From assembly GCA_963786955.1 (NCBI GenBank), contig CAWBAT010000006.1, positions 96,001-160,000 on the forward strand: DNA of 64,000 nt. Direction: 5' to 3'. The notes under the pieces are model-generated. The model made no database searches and was not told the DNA's origin. It saw only the letters and a list, made by a program, of their open reading frames with translations. The translations under genes were made by a program, and so were the position numbers. This stretch comes from an uncultured Acidimicrobiia bacterium. GTDB lineage: Bacteria > Acidobacteriota > Terriglobia > Versatilivoradales > Versatilivoraceae. This document shows positions 46,833 through 56,742 of this stretch, in pieces; the stretch's first letter is position 1, and each line of letters opens with the position of its first letter.

Positions 46833-46851
46833 AGTTTACGCTGAGTTATCC

Positions 46852-46881
46852 TTGACAATCCCAGAGCCGATTCCCTATAGT
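46852..46881 (+). promoter_or_regulatory. Putative sigma70 promoter
   Basis: TTGACA-N18-TATAGT. Confidence 0.6.
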
Positions 46882-46887
46882 ATCTTC

Positions 46888-46970
46888 AGTCCGACGATTG
46901 AGCTGTATGTTCCTGATCGTCCTCTCTCCAAAAGTGCTCATCTCCTTGAAACGGATGAGCACTTTTTTTT
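46888..46970 (+). ncRNA. Candidate small RNA (about 80 nt)
   Basis: Between promoter and intrinsic terminator, no ORF; GACGAT..ATCGTC stem followed by CTCTCTCC. Confidence 0.45.
46930..46970 (+). terminator. Rho-independent terminator
   Basis: AAAAGTGCTCATC..GATGAGCACTTTTTTTT. Confidence 0.85.
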
Positions 46971-47009
46971 GAATAATTGAAATTCGCGCTTTTTTGGCGT
47001 GCGATCCAA

Positions 47010-47085
47010 GCCGACGTAGCTCAGTTGGTAGAGCAGCCGATTCGTAATCGGCAGGTCATCGGTTCAAGTCCGATCGTCGGCTCCA
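47010..47085 (+). tRNA. tRNA-Thr (CGT)
   Basis: 76-nt cloverleaf GCCGACG..CGTCGGC-TCCA, anticodon loop TTCGTAA, GGTTCAAGTCC T arm, encoded CCA. Confidence 0.98.
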
Positions 47086-47397
47086 TTTTATCAACCCCTT
47101 ACAGAATATAATTTTCCATGCGAATATCTTGGTTGCGGGCGGACTGGGGATTTTAGCTAATTTTTTTGGGGCTATGTATTATCCGTTTAACCGAAAAACC
47201 TCATATTTGTTTGTCTATAACGATTTAGAAAAGTCATGAAGCCAGTCCACCTCTTACCGTACTAGTTCATGAGAACAGTCAGACCCACTATTTGCCCTGT
47301 GTTGGAGTCCATGCGATTAGCTGTGGAACTTAAGGGCGAATTCCCCCGTCGGCAGAGAGTTACAACACCGCTTTGGCGTCACTCGCCGTCATGTGGC

Positions 47398-47469
47398 CGT
47401 ATTACGGCGTACTCGGGAACTGACACGTGTTCGAAAGACAAGCTATTCTCAGTTTCCGGTTACGCGACT
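47398..47469 (+). repeat. 71-72-bp hairpin element, copy 1 (subtype I)
   Basis: CGTATTACGGCGTACTCGGGAACTGA..TCAGTTTCCGGTTACGCGACT. Confidence 0.8.
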
Positions 47470-47507
47470 ACGCAACCGCTGAATGGATCAGTAAAGCTAC
47501 GGCGTTA

Positions 47508-48446
47508 CTATCGAGTGCCGGTGAACCCGCGCTTCGACAGAGCGTCTCGGAGTGCGTGCAGAACTGCCTCACACTTAGGAATCACTTTTCCCTTTTCGTT
47601 CAGCGAGAGTGCCAGCGAACGCACATTCGTGTTGCGGCGCGAAAGGGAAATGATCTCTTGGTTGACAACCATGAATCGGTCCAAAGCGGCATTGGCAGCG
47701 ACGATCTGTGGCTGGAACCTGGGCTCAACGAGGGATGAGAGCGTTGTCAGTGCGTTCCGCCCGGTCGCCTCCGACGTCGCCATGCTTTTCTCCATGCGCG
47801 TCATGACTGCCTCGTCGGCATCCGCAATATGGGGCGCCTGAAGCACCTGAATCTCCCGAACCGTTGCGACGGCGGTTGCGACGAGCGCTTCGACGCGCCA
47901 CTTATCCGCAGGGACTCGGGGGGCAACTGGCTTGAGGGAATCGCGGAAAGAATCAGCTGCCTCCTGCGCGGGGCCGAAAGAAAGGCGCTGGGCCTTGAGG
48001 TTAGTATTCTCGACAGCCAGGTCGAGAATGCGACGATCCAGCTCACAATATTCCCTAAATCGATTGACGAATTCCTGGAGCAAACGGCCCTCGTCAGAGT
48101 AGTGAAGATCTTCGAGAAGGGGTTTTAACGAGTCGATGTCTATCTGGACCTTCTCCTTTGCTTGTTCGGCTTCACGAGCAAACGCTATGGACGCTTCGTC
48201 AGTGTCTGCCATCACGGCTTTGTTAGCGGTATCAGCGGCCTTGGTAAATTGAACGAGAAGATCTGCGGCAATGTGGCGTGCCTGCGACACCCGCTGCAAA
48301 GCAGAATTGACGTCGCAGCCAATCATCGCACCCAAGGAGAAGACCATCAGGGCCATCCAGCTCGCCCCGGCTCGGGCGCGAAACAACGCCAGGGAACTGA
48401 CTGCTCGACCGAAACGCACCTTCTCCAAAATGCCAAAAAATAACAT
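47508..48446 (-). CDS. Stand-alone four-helix-bundle (MCP-like ligand-binding) exported protein, possibly lipoprotein
   Basis: Hydrophobic segment ending MIGC, then all-helical region with repeated AVENTN / SRRNTN segments; no signalling domain; start uncertain. Confidence 0.6.
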   Translation of the reverse strand: MLFFGILEKVRFGRAVSSLALFRARAGASWMALMVFSLGAMIGCDVNSALQRVSQARHIAADLLVQFTKAADTANKAVMADTDEASIAFAREAEQAKEKVQIDIDSLKPLLEDLHYSDEGRLLQEFVNRFREYCELDRRILDLAVENTNLKAQRLSFGPAQEAADSFRDSLKPVAPRVPADKWRVEALVATAVATVREIQVLQAPHIADADEAVMTRMEKSMATSEATGRNALTTLSSLVEPRFQPQIVAANAALDRFMVVNQEIISLSRRNTNVRSLALSLNEKGKVIPKCEAVLHALRDALSKRGFTGTR

Positions 48447-49022
48447 GAGCAGAGTCTCACCGCCGCGGACAGGGATGAACAAGAGAAATTTGTTCACGTG
48501 AAGGCTTCTGATGGAACCACGAGGACCCATTCTCGCAGCTTTCGTTAGCGCCAGGCCGTCCAAATGATCTACTAATTCTCTTTTCGAATCGAGTACATGG
48601 CATCGCGGATCTGAAGCGACGCCGCCCAAGTCGGTACTCGTCGAAGCCCGAACTAAAAGTCGTACTTTGCTTGCCCCGCAACCAGCCTTCGCCCTTTCTT
48701 TCTGTCTCGGCTTTCCCGATTAGCTTTTCCGTTGGGTCAGTTTTGTCGTGCGTTCACTGCATTGCCCACTGAATCGTCCTAGTCTACCAGATTCTTGCCA
48801 CCAAGCCTGGCGAATCTCCGGGCAATCTTCGGGTTGGGAAGAGGTGCCCGATACGCCGGTAGGATATTTCAAAAAAGGTCAGTGAAACTTGGCTTGCTGA
48901 AACAAGCCGGAAAGTAACCGTGAATCCCACGTGCCTTGGCTGGGTTCAGCCCGTGCTGGCTTCGGGGCCAAACATAGGTCCTCATAAGCCACCCAGTATT
49001 TACCAAGACCAAGTCAAGTTGA

Positions 49023-49093
49023 CGTATCACGGCTACTCGGAAACTGACACCTGCTCGGAGGAGCTACAATTTCAAGTTTCCGATTACGCAACT
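49023..49093 (+). repeat. 71-72-bp hairpin element, copy 2 (subtype I)
   Basis: CGTATCACGGCTACTCGGAAACTGA..AAGTTTCCGATTACGCAACT. Confidence 0.8.
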
Positions 49094-49162
49094 ATACATT
49101 CATCTAAACGAACAATAGGCCTTTCGGGATCCAGACAAAATAAACAAATGATATCCCACTTA

Positions 49163-50293
49163 TACACAGCGTCATAAATACTTGCGCATAACAAAAAGTT
49201 CCGCTATCCTTGACGTATCTTTCGGTCAAGGGGGCGGATCGTGCAAAAGCTGAGCATCGAGAATCCTGACATCATGCGAATTGCACTCCAGCAAGAGATT
49301 GCCCGGTCTGAAGAATCTCGTTACGATCACCGGCTGCACGGGATCTTGCTGGTGTGCGCGGGGAGAAGCTGTTATGAGGTGGCCGAACTGCTGGGCCACA
49401 GTCCTCGAACTGTCCAGAACTGGGTGGCGCGTTTCGACCGCAGCGGTTTTGCTGGCCTGCAAGAGGAGGAACGTCCGGGACGACCGACGGGACTGGACGA
49501 AAAGTCTCGCCGTCGAATTGGTCAGGATCTGCGACACTCGCCGCGCGATTTGGGGTACTCTCAGAACCTCTGGGATGGCAAACTGCTCAGCCACCATCTC
49601 GAGCGAAGCTTCGGGGTGGGATTGGGTGTTCGCCAATGTCAACGGCTGTTTCGGCAGTTGGGGTTTCGGCGCCGCAAACCCCGACCGCTGATTGCTCAGG
49701 CCGAGCCGGGGGCCCAACAGGCATATAAAAAAACTCCGACGTCTGGCCGCAAGAAAGGACCTGGACATTTGGTTTGAAGACGAATGCCACTTTACACAAC
49801 ACGGATCACGCTGTGCCATGTGGGTTCCTCCAGAGGACGTCGATCCGATTGTACTGCACGCTCCCACCCGCAAGAGTGTGGCGTTCTTTGGAGCGGTTTG
49901 TGCCGGGGACGGCCGCTGGGCCAGTCAAGCGGCAGAGACGTTTAACGCGATGAGCTTTCAGGCCTTTCTCAGTTACCTGTTGCGGAGGTATCGGCCCAGA
50001 CGCCAAATGGTGGTGGTGGTCGACAATGCTCGCTGGCATCACGCCCGTCAATTGCGGCCGTGGCTCAAAGAATATCGCAAACAGTTGCGTCTGGACTTCC
50101 TGCCACCCTACAGCCCAGACTTGAACGCGGTGGAACGTGTTTGGAAGTTGACGCGGCGCTTGTGTACCCATAACCAATACTTCGCGGAATTGGATGAATT
50201 GCTTGAGCGGGTTCAAGATCAGTTCGATTTTTGGACGAAAACCCATAATCAAGTCCTGCACACTCTATGCGCAATTATTTAAGACGTTGTGTA
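49163..50293 (+). mobile_element. IS630-family insertion sequence, complete
   Basis: TIRs TACACAGCGTCATAAATACTTGCGCATA / TATGCGCAATTATTTAAGACGTTGTGTA, TA duplication on both sides. Confidence 0.95.
49241..50282 (+). CDS. IS630 transposase in two ORFs joined by a probable -1 programmed frameshift
   Basis: HTH ORF 49241..49777; DDE ORF (WFEDE, VVDNARWH, LPPYSPDLNAVERVW); A7 run at 49727-49733. Confidence 0.93.
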
Positions 50294-50363
50294 TAGAAGC
50301 AGTGCATGGTACAAACCGACGACGTCGCAACCAGGTTTTCTGCATCCTTTGAGTGGATTCGAT

Positions 50364-50485
50364 TCAAGAAGGTCCCACGCCGTTCGTTTGCATCGAGCTG
50401 GTGGCCTTCGAATCTGCAAAGGTACTCCAGGGGGCTGACATCTCAGTACCCTTCCCCGCGTGAGAATGAGCATCAATAATTAAAT
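50364..50485 (-). pseudogene. Possible amidohydrolase N-terminal remnant
   Basis: LIIDAHSHAGKG metal-binding start motif, then frame degenerates. Confidence 0.35.
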
Positions 50486-50795
50486 CGGTTTTTACATCGG
50501 TCGACTTTGCGTCCAATCTTTTGAAAATCGTGGCACCCCAACTACGGTAAACATTTGTTTCAACCACTTACGGCGTTTCTTTATTGCACCTCCTAGTGCT
50601 ATTACAAAATTGTATTACCGGGGACCAATTCGCCCCTACAGGAAGTCTCAAGTGAATTACCCAGGATGTACTCGGACCCTATATTAACTATCCTATTCAT
50701 TCTGTTGCAGGAGACCTGCACAAAAACCCCTTCAAAGATGGCAGCAAAAGTGTCTGGTTACTAGGAGTTCTGCCTTTTTACATAAAGGGGTTACT

Positions 50796-51902
50796 ATGAA
50801 GTACAACCAGCCACTTGTATTGGTCTCATTGCTCTTTTTCTGCATGTGCCGCTGGTGTCTCGCATCAACTTGCGACTTCAATGGGGACGGAACCACCAAT
50901 GTCATGGATTTGCAGATGTTGGTCAACGGTATTCTGGCCTCATCGACCTCCAGCAGCTTGGATATCAATCAGGACGGCAAAGTGGACGTTCTCGATCTCC
51001 AGCGATTGGCAAACGTGATCCTGGGGATCCAGTCCTGTCCCGGACAAGGAGGGGTTTCACCTCAAATCGAAGGCGTCGAGATATTCCCTCCTGACAACCC
51101 CTGGAACCGGGATATTTCCAATGACCCGGTTGATCCAAACTCGGCCAATTACATAACCAACATGAATGGCGGGACCAAGTATCTTCATGCTGATTTTGGT
51201 TCGAATCCGGATTACGGAATCCCCTTTGTCGTAGTTCCCGGAACCCAGCCTAAAGTCCCAGTGGTTTTTGACTATGCAGACGAGAGCGATCCGGGGCCAT
51301 ATCCTATTCCGCCCAATGCGCCCATTGAGGGTGGCGCCAGTTCTAGCGGAGACCGCCACGTCCTGGTTCTCGACAAGGACAACCACAAACTCTATGAGAC
51401 CTTTAGTTCCTATTACGTTGGCCCGGGATGGCAATGCGGGTCAGGAGCCATCTTCGATCTCACCTCAAACAGTCTGCGTCCCGACTATTGGACTTCGGCA
51501 GATGCCGCAGGCCTTCCGATCCTCCCCGGCCTTGTCCGCTACGACGAAGCTGCGGTTGCCGGCGAAATCAGGCATGCAGTCAGGTTCACTGTGGCCCGCA
51601 CCCAAAAAGCCTTCATTCATCCGGCGACTCATTATGCGAGCAGTTCTACCGAACCCAATTTGCCACCCATGGGACTCCGTGTTCGATTGAATGCCAACTA
51701 CGACCTCACCCGCTTCACTGGCGCTGCCCACGCCATCTTGGTGGCCCTCAAGAAATACGGCATGTTACTGGCTGACAACGGATCAGACTGGTACATCACG
51801 GGAGCCAGTGATCCCCGCTGGGACGACAATGATCTGAACCAGTTGAAGACTGTCCCAGCCAGCGCCTTCGAGGTGGTGCAGTCAGGGGCAATCATCAAAT
51901 AA
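50796..51902 (+). CDS. Secreted protein: dockerin-like duplicated Ca-binding repeat plus uncharacterised domain
   Basis: Signal peptide; DFNGDGTTNVMDLQMLVN and DINQDGKVDVLDLQRLAN; FPPDNPWN, GDRHVLV, SADAAGLP. Confidence 0.85.
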   Translation: MKYNQPLVLVSLLFFCMCRWCLASTCDFNGDGTTNVMDLQMLVNGILASSTSSSLDINQDGKVDVLDLQRLANVILGIQSCPGQGGVSPQIEGVEIFPPDNPWNRDISNDPVDPNSANYITNMNGGTKYLHADFGSNPDYGIPFVVVPGTQPKVPVVFDYADESDPGPYPIPPNAPIEGGASSSGDRHVLVLDKDNHKLYETFSSYYVGPGWQCGSGAIFDLTSNSLRPDYWTSADAAGLPILPGLVRYDEAAVAGEIRHAVRFTVARTQKAFIHPATHYASSSTEPNLPPMGLRVRLNANYDLTRFTGAAHAILVALKKYGMLLADNGSDWYITGASDPRWDDNDLNQLKTVPASAFEVVQSGAIIK

Positions 51903-52027
51903 TCGGTCACTAGACAGCTCACTTCGAGTCCAAAGTTCACGGTCCAATGTCCAAAGTGACCAAGCTGTTCTTCAAATGAGCCTGGTCTGCCGCCGGCGAC
52001 TAACTGCGTCATTTCTCCCTGGACCAC

Positions 52028-52713
52028 AAAAATCGGGCATTACCCGCGGATGGTTTTCCGCACTCACCGGCCAGGGAAGGTGTGAAAAAATTGGCTGTAG
52101 CGGCGCTCTATGAGCGCCGCTACTTTTCATTTCAACGGCTTGGCCGGCGCTCATAGAGCGCCGCTACAATTTCTTCACACCAGTGTGCCAAGGGAGAGTG
52201 GCAAGTCATCGCGGATGCTACTGCCCCTCGAAACCCAATGTTATCGCGCAGTTGTCCGCAGACACTACGGACTACCGGTTTCCTTTGGCCATCGCCAACA
52301 ACACGACCTACAAAGACCCCGACATGTCTGTCCGTTTCAAGACGATTTCAGGGAAGGAAGACCAGGGAGCCGGTTTGGTGTGGCGGTACTGGGATGCCAA
52401 CAACTACTATATTGTCCGGGCCAATGCACTCGAAGACAATGTGGTCCTCTACAAGGTGGAAAACGGCAAGCGTATCTCGCTGGCCCCGAAAGGGACACCG
52501 GTGAAAACCTATGGCATAAAGACAAAGGTTCCCGGAAATACCTGGAACAAGCTCAGTGTAAAAGTGATTGGGAATCTATTCACTGTTTCGTTTAATGATC
52601 AGAAGCTTTACGAGGTAGAGGACAACAGCTTTACTCAAGCAGGCCATGTCGGCCTCTCGACTAAAGCGGATTCAATTATTCACTTTGATGATTTCACATT
52701 AGACAGTAAGTGA
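52028..52713 (+). pseudogene. DUF1080/ConA-like beta-sandwich protein interrupted by a MITE (start not resolved)
   Basis: GWFSALTGQG upstream and AKGEWQVIADATA downstream of the insertion; GAGLVWRY.DANNYYIVRANALEDN, GHVGL.TKADS..FDDF. Confidence 0.7.
52076..52181. mobile_element. MITE family A carrying REP doublet
   Basis: GAAGGTGTGAA..TTCACACC; near-identical to 2321..2429; flanks AGG/AGT. Confidence 0.82.
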
Positions 52714-52831
52714 GCGGAGCTTCCGACTTGCATCTCTGATTTCCTCACCGGACCGAGGGGAAAATCGATATGCCCAAGTGATCTTTGTTCCGCTGATCAG
52801 TTTGAGTCAAGGCAACAAAGAGTTCACCATA

Positions 52832-52903
52832 CTTATAACGCCGTTATCGGAGACTGACAGCTGCTCGAATGGGCTACCATTTCATGTTTCCGGTTAGCCG
52901 ACT
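52832..52903 (+). repeat. 71-72-bp hairpin element, copy 3 (subtype I)
   Basis: CTTATAACGCCGTTATCGGAGACTGA..TGTTTCCGGTTAGCCGACT. Confidence 0.8.
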
Positions 52904-53201
52904 ACACAACCATTGGATGGCCGTCAGTCGTCCTGGTGGAGCCTACAAGGTTTTGATTTTATTTGGAGACACTCCTATTACCCGCCGTCGGGCGCATTTT
53001 CTATCCTGCTGCGGTTCAAAAGCATATAATATTTGAACTGTGCAGGGTTTTCTAGTGCCTGGTCCCGATGCTCTCTAAAGGCTGCAACCATTGAGATTCC
53101 TAACCATCGAAGCGTCTCTATAATGCCCACGAGTGCCGAGTAAACAGGGTAAATTATCATTAGTTTTTGAGCGGATGGAGTTTTTGCGAAGGAAGGTGTG
53201 T

Positions 53202-56200
53202 ATGCGCAAGCTGAATTTTGTTCCGTTATTTCTGTTTATTGCTTTTGCGTCATTCTGGGCAAGCGCGCCGAATTCGACGCCGAACCTGACGAAACAGCCT
53301 ACCCTCTATGTCGTCCCTTATGCCCACCTCGACACGCAATGGCGGTGGGATTACGTGCAGACCATCAATGAGTATCTCCCCGCTACTATGCATGACAATT
53401 TCGTGCTCTTCGAGAAATACCCGCACTATGTATTCAACTTCAGCGGCGCCAATCGCTATCGCATGATGAAGGAGTACTATCCGGAGGACTACGCCAAAGT
53501 AAAGCAATATGTTGCCGCGGGACGATGGTTCCCATCCGGCTCCTCAATGGAAGAGAGCGACGTGAACTCACCGTCGGCAGAGTCGCTGATCCGCCAACTC
53601 CTATACGGCACGCAGTTCTTCCGCCGCGAATTCGGCAAGACCAGCGCCGAGTATATGCTGCCCGACTGCTTTGGCTTTCCTGCGTCGCTCCCGAGCATCC
53701 TGGCGCACATGGGTATAAAGGGCTTCTCAACCCAGAAACTTTCATGGCATTCGAGCGCACGTGTAGGGGGGCCGGGTTCGCCGCAGGATACGCCCCAGGG
53801 AATCCCGTTCAACGTCGGCTACTGGGAAGGCCTCGACGGCAAGGGCGTCATTGCAGCCTTGAACGCCACCGATTACGGGTCCGACGTTACCGAAGACCTC
53901 AGTAAAAGCGACACTTGGCGCCATCGCGTGCAGAAGAATGGGGACTCGAGCGGACTCTTCGTTGATTACCGCTATTATGGTACCGGCGACATGGGCGGGG
54001 CTCCCCGGGAAGCCTCAGTGAAGGCAATGGAAGCGATCTTGACAAGGACGGCCGCGGTGTTTCCGAAGCAACATTCCGACAGCGAGCAAGCGCCACCAAC
54101 AGAGGCCAGTCACGCTGTGCAGGTTGGCGATGGACCACTCACGGTCTTGCAGACGACAGCTGAGCAAATGTTCATTGACATTCCCGCAGAAAAGATCTCG
54201 GCGCTGCCGAAATATAAAGGCGACCTCGAACTGACGGAGCACTCAGCGGGATCATTGACATCGCAGGCTTATATGAAGCATTTGAATCGCAAGAATGAAT
54301 TGCTGGCGGACGCCGCCGAACGCGTGTCGGTTGCCGCCGCCTGGCTCGACGGACGCGTATACCCGCAGCAGCGCCTGAACAACGCATGGACGCTCGTCAT
54401 GGGCGGACAATTTCATGATATCATTCCCGGCACGAGCATCCCGAAAGCTTACGAATATTCGTGGAACGACGAAGTGCTGGCAATGAACCAATTCGCAGGC
54501 GTGCTGACCAGCGCAGTCGAGGCGGTTGCATCGGGGATGAACACGCAGGGCAAGGGGACGCCGGTCGTTGTTTACAATCCGCTGGGTGTGGAGCGGGAGG
54601 ATGTGGTCGAAGCTACTGTTGCATTGCCTGCTGAAACGAAAACTGTCCGCGTTCTCGCACCCGACGGCAGAGCAACTCCAGCGCAGTTGGAGAAAGGGAA
54701 CAAGGTCTTGTTCCTGGCCAAGGTGCCGTCGGTTGGATTCTCAGTATACGATGTGCAGCCCGCAGACACCGGCAGTGTGCCTTCAGCGCTAACGGCGACT
54801 GCATCATCGCTGGAAAATGCGCGCTATCACATCAAGCTGGATCAAAACGGCGATGCGGCCGGAATCTTTGACAAAAAGCTAAACAAGGAACTGCTCGCCG
54901 CACCCGCCCGGCTGGCCATCAAAAACGACAAGCCGGAAGAATGGCCGGCATGGAACATAGACTGGGCCGACCAGCAGAAGCCGCCTCGCGCGTACGTCAG
55001 CGGACCTGCAAAAGTGCGCGTCGTCGAAAGAGGGCCCGTGCGCGTTGCCGTCGAGATCCTGCGCGAAACGGAAGGATCGCAATTCGCGCAAACCATCAGG
55101 CTGTCGGCAGGCGATGCCGGCAATCGCGTCGAGTTCAGCAACGTTATCGACTGGAGAACCAGCTCGGCCAACCTGAAAGCTACGTTTCCTCTGACCGCGT
55201 CGAATACGATCGCGACTTACAACTGGGATGTCGGCACAATCGAACGCGGCAACAACGACGAGAAGCAATATGAAGTTGGATCGCATCAATGGTTCGATCT
55301 TACCGATAAAAGCGGCGCGTTCGGTGTTACCGTACTCTCCGATTGCAAAACCGGTTCAGACAAGCCCGACGACAGTACACTTCGGCTGACTCTGCTGCGT
55401 ACTCCGGGAATCAGCGACTGGGGGTGGTGGCTCACCGACCAGGCAACTCAGGACTGGGGGCGGCACAAGATCTTCTACGGACTGATGGGGCACGCCGGTG
55501 ATTGGCGCCGGGAACAGAGCGACTGGCAGGCATTACGCCTCAATCAGCGGTTGATTGCGTTTAGCACAACCAGGCACGCGGGCGAGCTCGGCAAAAGCTT
55601 TTCGCTTTTGAAACTGAGCAGTTCCCGCGTACGCGTGCTGGCGGTCAAGAAGGCCGAAGAGAGCGCTGATATCATCGTGCGTCTTGTCGAACTCGACGGC
55701 AAGACGCAGCAGAACGTAAGCGTGACATTCGCGGCCCCTATCGCATCAGCGCGTGAGCTGAATGGCCAGGAACAACCGCTGGGCCAGGCATTGGTAGATA
55801 AAGGCGAGCTGCGGATAGACTTTGCGCCGTATCAGCTGCGAACATTTGCGTTGAAGCTGGAGACATCAAGCGCAAAACTCGCTCCGCCAAACTTCCGGCC
55901 GATTGTTCTCGCTTATGATCAGGCGATTGCGAGCCTCGACGGCACAAAATCACAAGGCGGTTTCGATGCAGCCGGCCGGGCGTTTCCGGCCGAGATGCTG
56001 TTGCGCGACTTGGCATTTGGCAGCATCCACTTCCAGCTCGGACCGGCAACGGAGCGGAATGCCGTCGTGGCACGCGGCCAGAGTATTGCGCTGCCTGAGG
56101 GACAATTCGCGCGTGTGTATGTGTTGGCGGCCGCCGATGGTGATCAGAAGGCCACATTCTACGCGGGCAAGAAAGCGGTCGAACTGACAATCCAGGATTG

Positions 56201-56570
56201 GGGCGGCTACATCGGACAATGGGATAATCGTGTGTTGAATGAGAAAGAGGTCACGCTATCCGCGACAGACGGTCAACCGGCGCGCAAGGTAAAAGTCATG
56301 GAATATGCGGGCCTCAAGCCGGGGTACATCAAATTTGCGCCGGTGGCCTGGTTTGCATCGCACCGGCATACGGCCGAGGGTAAGAATGAAGCCTACGCCT
56401 ATTGTTATCTGTTTGCGTATGAGATTCGCCTGCCTATAAACACAAAGACTTTGACCCTGCCGAATAACGACAAAATCCGCGTGCTGGCTGTAACGGCATC
56501 GGGAGAAGGTGCACCGGTATTCCCGGCGCAGCCGCTCTACGACACACTCGAGAAAACAGCAGAAAAGTAG
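53202..56570 (+). CDS. Secreted alpha-mannosidase, GH38
   Basis: AHLDTQWRW, LPDCFGF, YGTGDMGG, QFHDIIPGTSI, TLRLTLLRTP. Confidence 0.93.
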   Translation: MRKLNFVPLFLFIAFASFWASAPNSTPNLTKQPTLYVVPYAHLDTQWRWDYVQTINEYLPATMHDNFVLFEKYPHYVFNFSGANRYRMMKEYYPEDYAKVKQYVAAGRWFPSGSSMEESDVNSPSAESLIRQLLYGTQFFRREFGKTSAEYMLPDCFGFPASLPSILAHMGIKGFSTQKLSWHSSARVGGPGSPQDTPQGIPFNVGYWEGLDGKGVIAALNATDYGSDVTEDLSKSDTWRHRVQKNGDSSGLFVDYRYYGTGDMGGAPREASVKAMEAILTRTAAVFPKQHSDSEQAPPTEASHAVQVGDGPLTVLQTTAEQMFIDIPAEKISALPKYKGDLELTEHSAGSLTSQAYMKHLNRKNELLADAAERVSVAAAWLDGRVYPQQRLNNAWTLVMGGQFHDIIPGTSIPKAYEYSWNDEVLAMNQFAGVLTSAVEAVASGMNTQGKGTPVVVYNPLGVEREDVVEATVALPAETKTVRVLAPDGRATPAQLEKGNKVLFLAKVPSVGFSVYDVQPADTGSVPSALTATASSLENARYHIKLDQNGDAAGIFDKKLNKELLAAPARLAIKNDKPEEWPAWNIDWADQQKPPRAYVSGPAKVRVVERGPVRVAVEILRETEGSQFAQTIRLSAGDAGNRVEFSNVIDWRTSSANLKATFPLTASNTIATYNWDVGTIERGNNDEKQYEVGSHQWFDLTDKSGAFGVTVLSDCKTGSDKPDDSTLRLTLLRTPGISDWGWWLTDQATQDWGRHKIFYGLMGHAGDWRREQSDWQALRLNQRLIAFSTTRHAGELGKSFSLLKLSSSRVRVLAVKKAEESADIIVRLVELDGKTQQNVSVTFAAPIASARELNGQEQPLGQALVDKGELRIDFAPYQLRTFALKLETSSAKLAPPNFRPIVLAYDQAIASLDGTKSQGGFDAAGRAFPAEMLLRDLAFGSIHFQLGPATERNAVVARGQSIALPEGQFARVYVLAAADGDQKATFYAGKKAVELTIQDWGGYIGQWDNRVLNEKEVTLSATDGQPARKVKVMEYAGLKPGYIKFAPVAWFASHRHTAEGKNEAYAYCYLFAYEIRLPINTKTLTLPNNDKIRVLAVTASGEGAPVFPAQPLYDTLEKTAEK

Positions 56571-56671
56571 CCTGGCCAGTGAAGATGTCTTGCCCGAAAA
56601 TGACGCTTGGCTATCCGGAATTGGTAAACGGTCCAGATACGGCGTTGTGAGATGTAGCGAAGTCAAGTGGA

Positions 56672-56742
56672 CGTAATACGGCTTGACCGGAGATTGGGGA
56701 GCTGTCGAACGGCAGTGGCTCCCACTCTCCGGCCAGCCGACC
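56672..56742 (+). repeat. 71-72-bp hairpin element, copy 4 (subtype II)
   Basis: CGTAATACGGCTTGACCGGAGATTGGGGAGCTGTCGAACGGCAGTGGCTCCCACTCTCCGGCCAGCCGACC. Confidence 0.8.
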
